DNA of 64,000 nt from NCBI GenBank assembly GCA_905178155.1, contig CAJINV010000012.1, forward strand, positions 2,519,407 through 2,583,406. Reading direction: 5' to 3'. Positions 60,301 to 64,000 of this stretch are shown piece by piece; position 1 is the first letter of the stretch; every line of letters begins with the position of its first letter. The position numbers were made by a program, and so were the translations under genes. The stretch is from Amoebophrya sp. A120 (Eukaryota > Protista > Dinoflagellata). The notes under the pieces were generated by a model, which had not been told where the DNA came from, did no database searches, and saw only the letters and a program-made list of their open reading frames with translations.

Positions 60301-62067
60301 GCATGGCAAATTTTTCCTGTACATGTACAAAATGCATGACAAATTTTACCAAGTCGGACTTGTCATGCTGAATAGGATTGGAAGAAAAGTTTGTCATGCA
60401 GAAATCACATTTGTACGTGTACGGGAAATTTATTTTGGATATTTTCAGCTCAGCGGACATGGTCTCCTTCATCTGCGACAAAATGCCGTATATCAAATGT
60501 AAAAGTGTCTGGGTCTGGAAGAGTGCCAGACTTGTCACGCAGGTTTTCCATGACCCGTGAGGTCTGGCATGTAGGACATAGCATGACAGATTCTGTGAGA
60601 GTTCTATCATGCCACTCCTGCATGAGAAACTGCATCTCGATTAGGTCTAAAGTGGACAGCGTTTGGTAATGATGCAACACAGATTTTTAAATGATTCAGA
60701 GTTAGCATGACAAGTTGCTTTGTTCCAGACCCAGACATTTTTGCATTTGATACCGTAGATCTCGCCGGACGCGCTGGCGTGTGCCGGCAAGCCGGAGTCC
60801 AGCAGGGATAAAGCGCCACGCAGGTCGTCTTTAGGAAGGTAGTCGCTGTTGTTTAGAAAAGTATTAAAAAATGAAAAATCGCTTGTCAAAACCTAAACGT
60901 AGGAATGGAAGATCGATCAAAGAAGTGGTGCACTCTACTTCATCGGCATGTTGATCAAGGTCATACCTGTTCAGCTCCAGTATTCTCCTGACCTCAAGGA
61001 ACGATTGGTGCTTCTTCAGAATCGTCAGCGCGCCGGTTAGTTGTTGGATGGCTTTGATCGTATCTTTCTGGTACTGGGTGAAAGATTATGCATCGGAAGA
61101 GCACCAGTCTCGCAGTGATAGTGTGTGATTGAAATACTACATGATAAACCGACATGATAAAAAATTTAAGATGTTGTATGAATCAGCATATGCAAAATCT
61201 GAATTAAAATCTTCCCACGACTTGGTACGTTTATATTGCCAATTCCACTAAATGATCTAAAAGACTGCACTTTTGCAATGGGTAAAGACGCAGCTTCCTT
61301 TTCCCTCTTTTTCTCGATGGTTTTTAGCTGCTGCTCGTCCTCGGCGAGGTCTGATTTAGATTTTCATGATTTAAATTCTGAAAATTGCATGACAACCTTC
61401 CCCTCAGCACGACACAAACAAAAACTCGCCCGTACTCGTCTACTTCTTGGTTGCATCCACTACAGATCTTCTTGCTCGAAGGTGTACTAGTCATGTAGAT
61501 CTACTACACCCAGCGACACAAAGTCAGAATTTGAAATGGAAACTTGTCATGCTAATACGCAATAGTCCTACCTTTGGTCAGCTTTTTCACCGTCACGTCC
61601 AGTGCTTTGGTTTCTGCAGTCAAATCTGTAATTTTTGCTTCCGTCTCTGCGATATGCATTGCAAAAGGTTATTGCGGCACTTGTACGGGTTGCAGTTTGC
61701 TTATGCGTTATAATTCAATTTTCTAAAGATGAATCAGCATAAGAAACTCCACTTTTCATGTCATACTCATGCTGAGCCACCTTACTAGTACAATAATGCA
61801 ATCCCTACGAATACGCTAGTACAACTTTTGCAACTCATACGCGATAAAGGCTTCCCCGGCTGCGATGGCGTCCTCCTTCTCCTTTCGATTGGTGGCCGCC
61901 CAGCACTGCAGTTTTTTGGAGATAGCGGCGTCAGATTCCATGTCCTTCTCAACCTCTGCCTGCATGGACTTCAGCAGGGCAAGTACCTTCGCTAAGGGCG
62001 ATCCTTCGGTGGCAGAAACATAAGTGACGGAGGCGGCGGTCGCGAGGACCGTCCTCCTTAGACGCAT
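57348..62067 (-). CDS. Probable secreted long coiled-coil protein of a type common in dinoflagellates; 12 introner-type plus 2 GT-AG introns
   Basis: Signal-like MRLRRTVLATAAS, SPLAKVLALLKSM...LQCWA, SGEIYGILSQMKE, AFEEVKKMI..L..EL...DEVKKRDYC, LHMECDFVVQNFDQRQ...AMAILSGAQ*. Confidence 0.8.
57424..57577. mobile_element. Introner, family E
   Basis: Direct repeat TCTGG. Confidence 0.9.
57721..57999. mobile_element. Introner, family G
   Basis: Direct repeat ACTCA. Confidence 0.9.
58046..58186. mobile_element. Introner, family F (short)
   Basis: Flanks TCGTT/TCTTT. Confidence 0.85.
58265..58413. mobile_element. Introner, family B
   Basis: Perfect TIR TATGAACTGCAAAAGTATCGTACTCGTATAAATGCA; direct repeat CGGTC. 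Confidence 0.93.
58469..58731. mobile_element. Introner, family A
   Basis: Direct repeat ACGCC. Confidence 0.9.
58976..59146. mobile_element. Introner, B-like
   Basis: Flanks GGCAA/CGCAA; left end TGT. Confidence 0.8.
59317..59489. mobile_element. Introner, family E
   Basis: Flanks CTCGG/TTCCG; frame restored (VAE-LKQ). Confidence 0.87.
59978..60248. mobile_element. Introner, family A
   Basis: Direct repeat CGACT. Confidence 0.9.
60298..60441. mobile_element. Introner, family E (reverse orientation)
   Basis: Flanks TTTTT/TTTTC. Confidence 0.87.
60491..60752. mobile_element. Introner, family A
   Basis: Direct repeat CCGTA; frame restored (EIYG-IL). Confidence 0.9.
60846..60966 (-). other. 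GT-AG intron, probably introner-derived
   Basis: AACAG|GTATGACCT...AACAG|C; flanks ACAGG/ACAGC. Confidence 0.65.
61087..61284. other. Decayed introner-type intron
   Basis: Flanks AAGAT/AAGAC; frame restored (AS-FTQ). Confidence 0.7.
61351..61571 (-). other. GT-AG intron with residual introner motifs
   Basis: AAAG|GTAGGA...AATCAG|AC joins LTK-DLA; GCATGACAA and TTGTCATGC inside. Confidence 0.7.
61653..61839. mobile_element. Introner, B-like, diverged
   Basis: Flanks TGCGA/CGCGA. Confidence 0.8.
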
Positions 62068-62940
62068 TTTACCTATCTGTATTCCCTATTCACACCTGCG
62101 CCTACATTTCAATTTCATTCACTTTTTATCGTGTCACGTGGTTGGGAACAGAAGTACATGTAGAGCCGAAGAAGTGAACCATAAAGAAACCAACACGGTT
62201 TGAGTTTCTACGACCATGCAATCGTGGTAGTTTTTGTTCAGTCAAATTGAATTCACCGAAGAGAGAAATCAGGACAAAAAAGCAGTGAAACGGATGTTGA
62301 GACCCAAAAGATGAACCGAGGAGAGAAACACTGGTCCGGATCTGTTGAGTCTGTCTTCTTTTGGAGAGGAGTTGAAGTCGCGTATTTAGATGAACCGACC
62401 ACTCACGAACACTGACGGATTTTCTTTCTTATCAACGACGCAACAAAACACGACCAACATGTGGAGATGTGAGAACCAAGTAGAGGTAGGTAAACTCGGT
62501 TCTTCGGGTGATGCTTTTGCAGCAAGCTATCTTAAAGAATCTAAAGGGTCCTCGGCTGACCGCGACAAATCCTGGCGATCGCGCTCCCCGGTACGACAAT
62601 TTTGAAAAATTCTTTGACCTAGCATGACATAGTGTAAGAGTTTTAAAGATCACCATCACGATCAGATAAATTGGAAAAACCCATCTGCAAGTGGTGCCTG
62701 TACTTCCAATTTCGAAATGGCTGTGCCATCAAAAACCACTCAAAGCGAGGAAACCATGTTCTGGCGCAAGGTGGTCCCGCCCAGTAGTATTTAATTTCAA
62801 ACTTATGCAAACTTCTTTGAAAAAGTTTCACACTCCTCGAAATTAGGACCACACCAACAACCACCGCCCGCCCCGTCAGGAGTGGTTGGCTTGTCGTCCT
62901 CAGCGGCCCGATCTACGTCTCGCTTTTCCGCGTCGTAAGG

Positions 62941-63948
62941 CTACTTAAGACCCTGTTTGTTCATCCCTGCTTGTTCTTTCCTTTTTTTGTGCAACGCCAG
63001 AGATTCCGCGACCACTTGGTCTCTCTGCTTCCTGAACCAGGGCTCAAAGTGCGGCGATTTTATGAACTTGGTGTACAGTTTCCTCACTTTTTGGATCGGC
63101 AATTGCTGAAAAACACCCTCCGGTTGCAGTCCATTTAAAAATTCCTGCGACACAAACGCCGGCAGCAGCGTGACGTGGACTTTTTTGGAAGAAGTGGTAG
63201 GCGCAACACCAGAAGCTCCTCCTGACCGGGCTGATGTTGAAGTAGTAGTACTGGGCGAAACAGTAGAAGTTGGATTTATTTTACTGCGGCATTGGCTGTG
63301 GTAGTCGTAGTTGCTGAGTGACAGGTGCAAGTTTTCCGCCTGTTGCTCCAGTATTTGCAAGGATGTACGACTCCCGCGGCCGCCTACGATTAAGTTCATT
63401 TGTCCTCGCGAGGACGATCTAAATTCATTAGCTTCCATCGTGGGTTGGAAGTCGTCTGCTTGTTCGCCGCTCATCTTCTGCAAAGATGTGGTCTCAACTT
63501 CCAAATTCGACTTCATTTTCATTTTTCGGTTTGCTCTAGGATCATCTCCTTTGCTGGTGGTGTTAACTTGTTCCAGCGGCGGCGAGGTGGAGGATGCAGC
63601 AGCAGCGCTACCTGTTCGTGTTCTGCGCACCGCATCTTCTCCTTCGTCGAGGTGGTCAACACCCGGTCTGGAATTTTCACTCTTCTTGCTGCTTTCGCCG
63701 ACTTCTCTTCTACTTAAACTCCTTCCGCCGCCCCCACCGGCATGAGAAGATAGTACGCCAACATTGCTGACCAAGTAGGGTAGAAACGGCTTCAGGAAAA
63801 CACAGGTTAGTTCGTAGAAGTACTGACACAACAAAAAGTTGTTGATCATGATTGCCGAGTGACTGGTGGGTGGCAGTAGTCTCGACAGCAACTCCTCATC
63901 CACTGGCACGATTCTGCTATCCACAAGAAATTCATTTTCCCACGACAC
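62941..63948 (-). CDS. 3' part of a DENND6/FAM116-like DENN protein (continues beyond the window)
   Basis: LLCQYFYELTCVFLKPF and LPAF..QEFL...LYTKFIKSPHFEPWF resemble the DENND6 C-terminal motifs. Confidence 0.6.
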   Translation of the reverse strand: MSWENEFLVDSRIVPVDEELLSRLLPPTSHSAIMINNFLLCQYFYELTCVFLKPFLPYLVSNVGVLSSHAGGGGGRSLSRREVGESSKKSENSRPGVDHLDEGEDAVRRTRTGSAAAASSTSPPLEQVNTTSKGDDPRANRKMKMKSNLEVETTSLQKMSGEQADDFQPTMEANEFRSSSRGQMNLIVGGRGSRTSLQILEQQAENLHLSLSNYDYHSQCRSKINPTSTVSPSTTTSTSARSGGASGVAPTTSSKKVHVTLLPAFVSQEFLNGLQPEGVFQQLPIQKVRKLYTKFIKSPHFEPWFRKQRDQVVAESLALHKKRKEQAGMNKQGLK

Positions 63949-64000
63949 GATAGTTCATCACGACGTACGTATCTATGCGGTTTCTGCATGGCCAAAAAAA

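Noticed and set aside
57424-60752. CRISPR-like alternation of repeats and unique spacers
   Set aside because: The repeats are inverted pairs from several families, the spacers are exons, and there are no cas genes in this eukaryotic context.
3740-60889. Many short ORFs sharing peptides such as CKNVWVWK, LPDPDIFA, FQTQTFL and YEYDTFA
   Set aside because: These are translations of introner TIRs in different frames, not a protein family.

Overview
Eukaryotic genomic DNA, most consistent with a Syndiniales/dinoflagellate-type genome such as Amoebophrya (an inference from gene content and intron style). About 13 protein-coding genes can be reconstructed, all on the minus strand: an SDR/epimerase, a calpain, a TFIIS-N-like protein, a tandem paralogue pair, an FkbM-type methyltransferase, an NAD(P)-binding protein, a Sec14/CRAL-TRIO protein, two coiled-coil proteins, a partial DENND6-like gene and some hypothetical proteins. 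There is also one decayed RTE-like LINE. The dominant feature is about 70 short (115-350 bp) MITE-like elements in at least 12 TIR families, nearly all inside coding exons. Almost all start TAT and end ATA, carry 25-40 bp terminal inverted repeats and are flanked by a 5-bp direct repeat. At nearly every junction I translated by hand, removing the element plus one repeat copy restores the reading frame, and many copies have no possible GT-AG boundary, so they behave as non-canonical transposon-derived introns (introners). The window also shows one octamer, TGT(C/G/A)ATGC, shared by otherwise unrelated families; removal that works in both element orientations; evidence that the downstream repeat copy is the one discarded; filled versus empty sites in paralogues; and decayed copies that appear to have become canonical GT-AG introns. 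All coordinates were read by eye (allow 1-2 bp) and no expression data are available.
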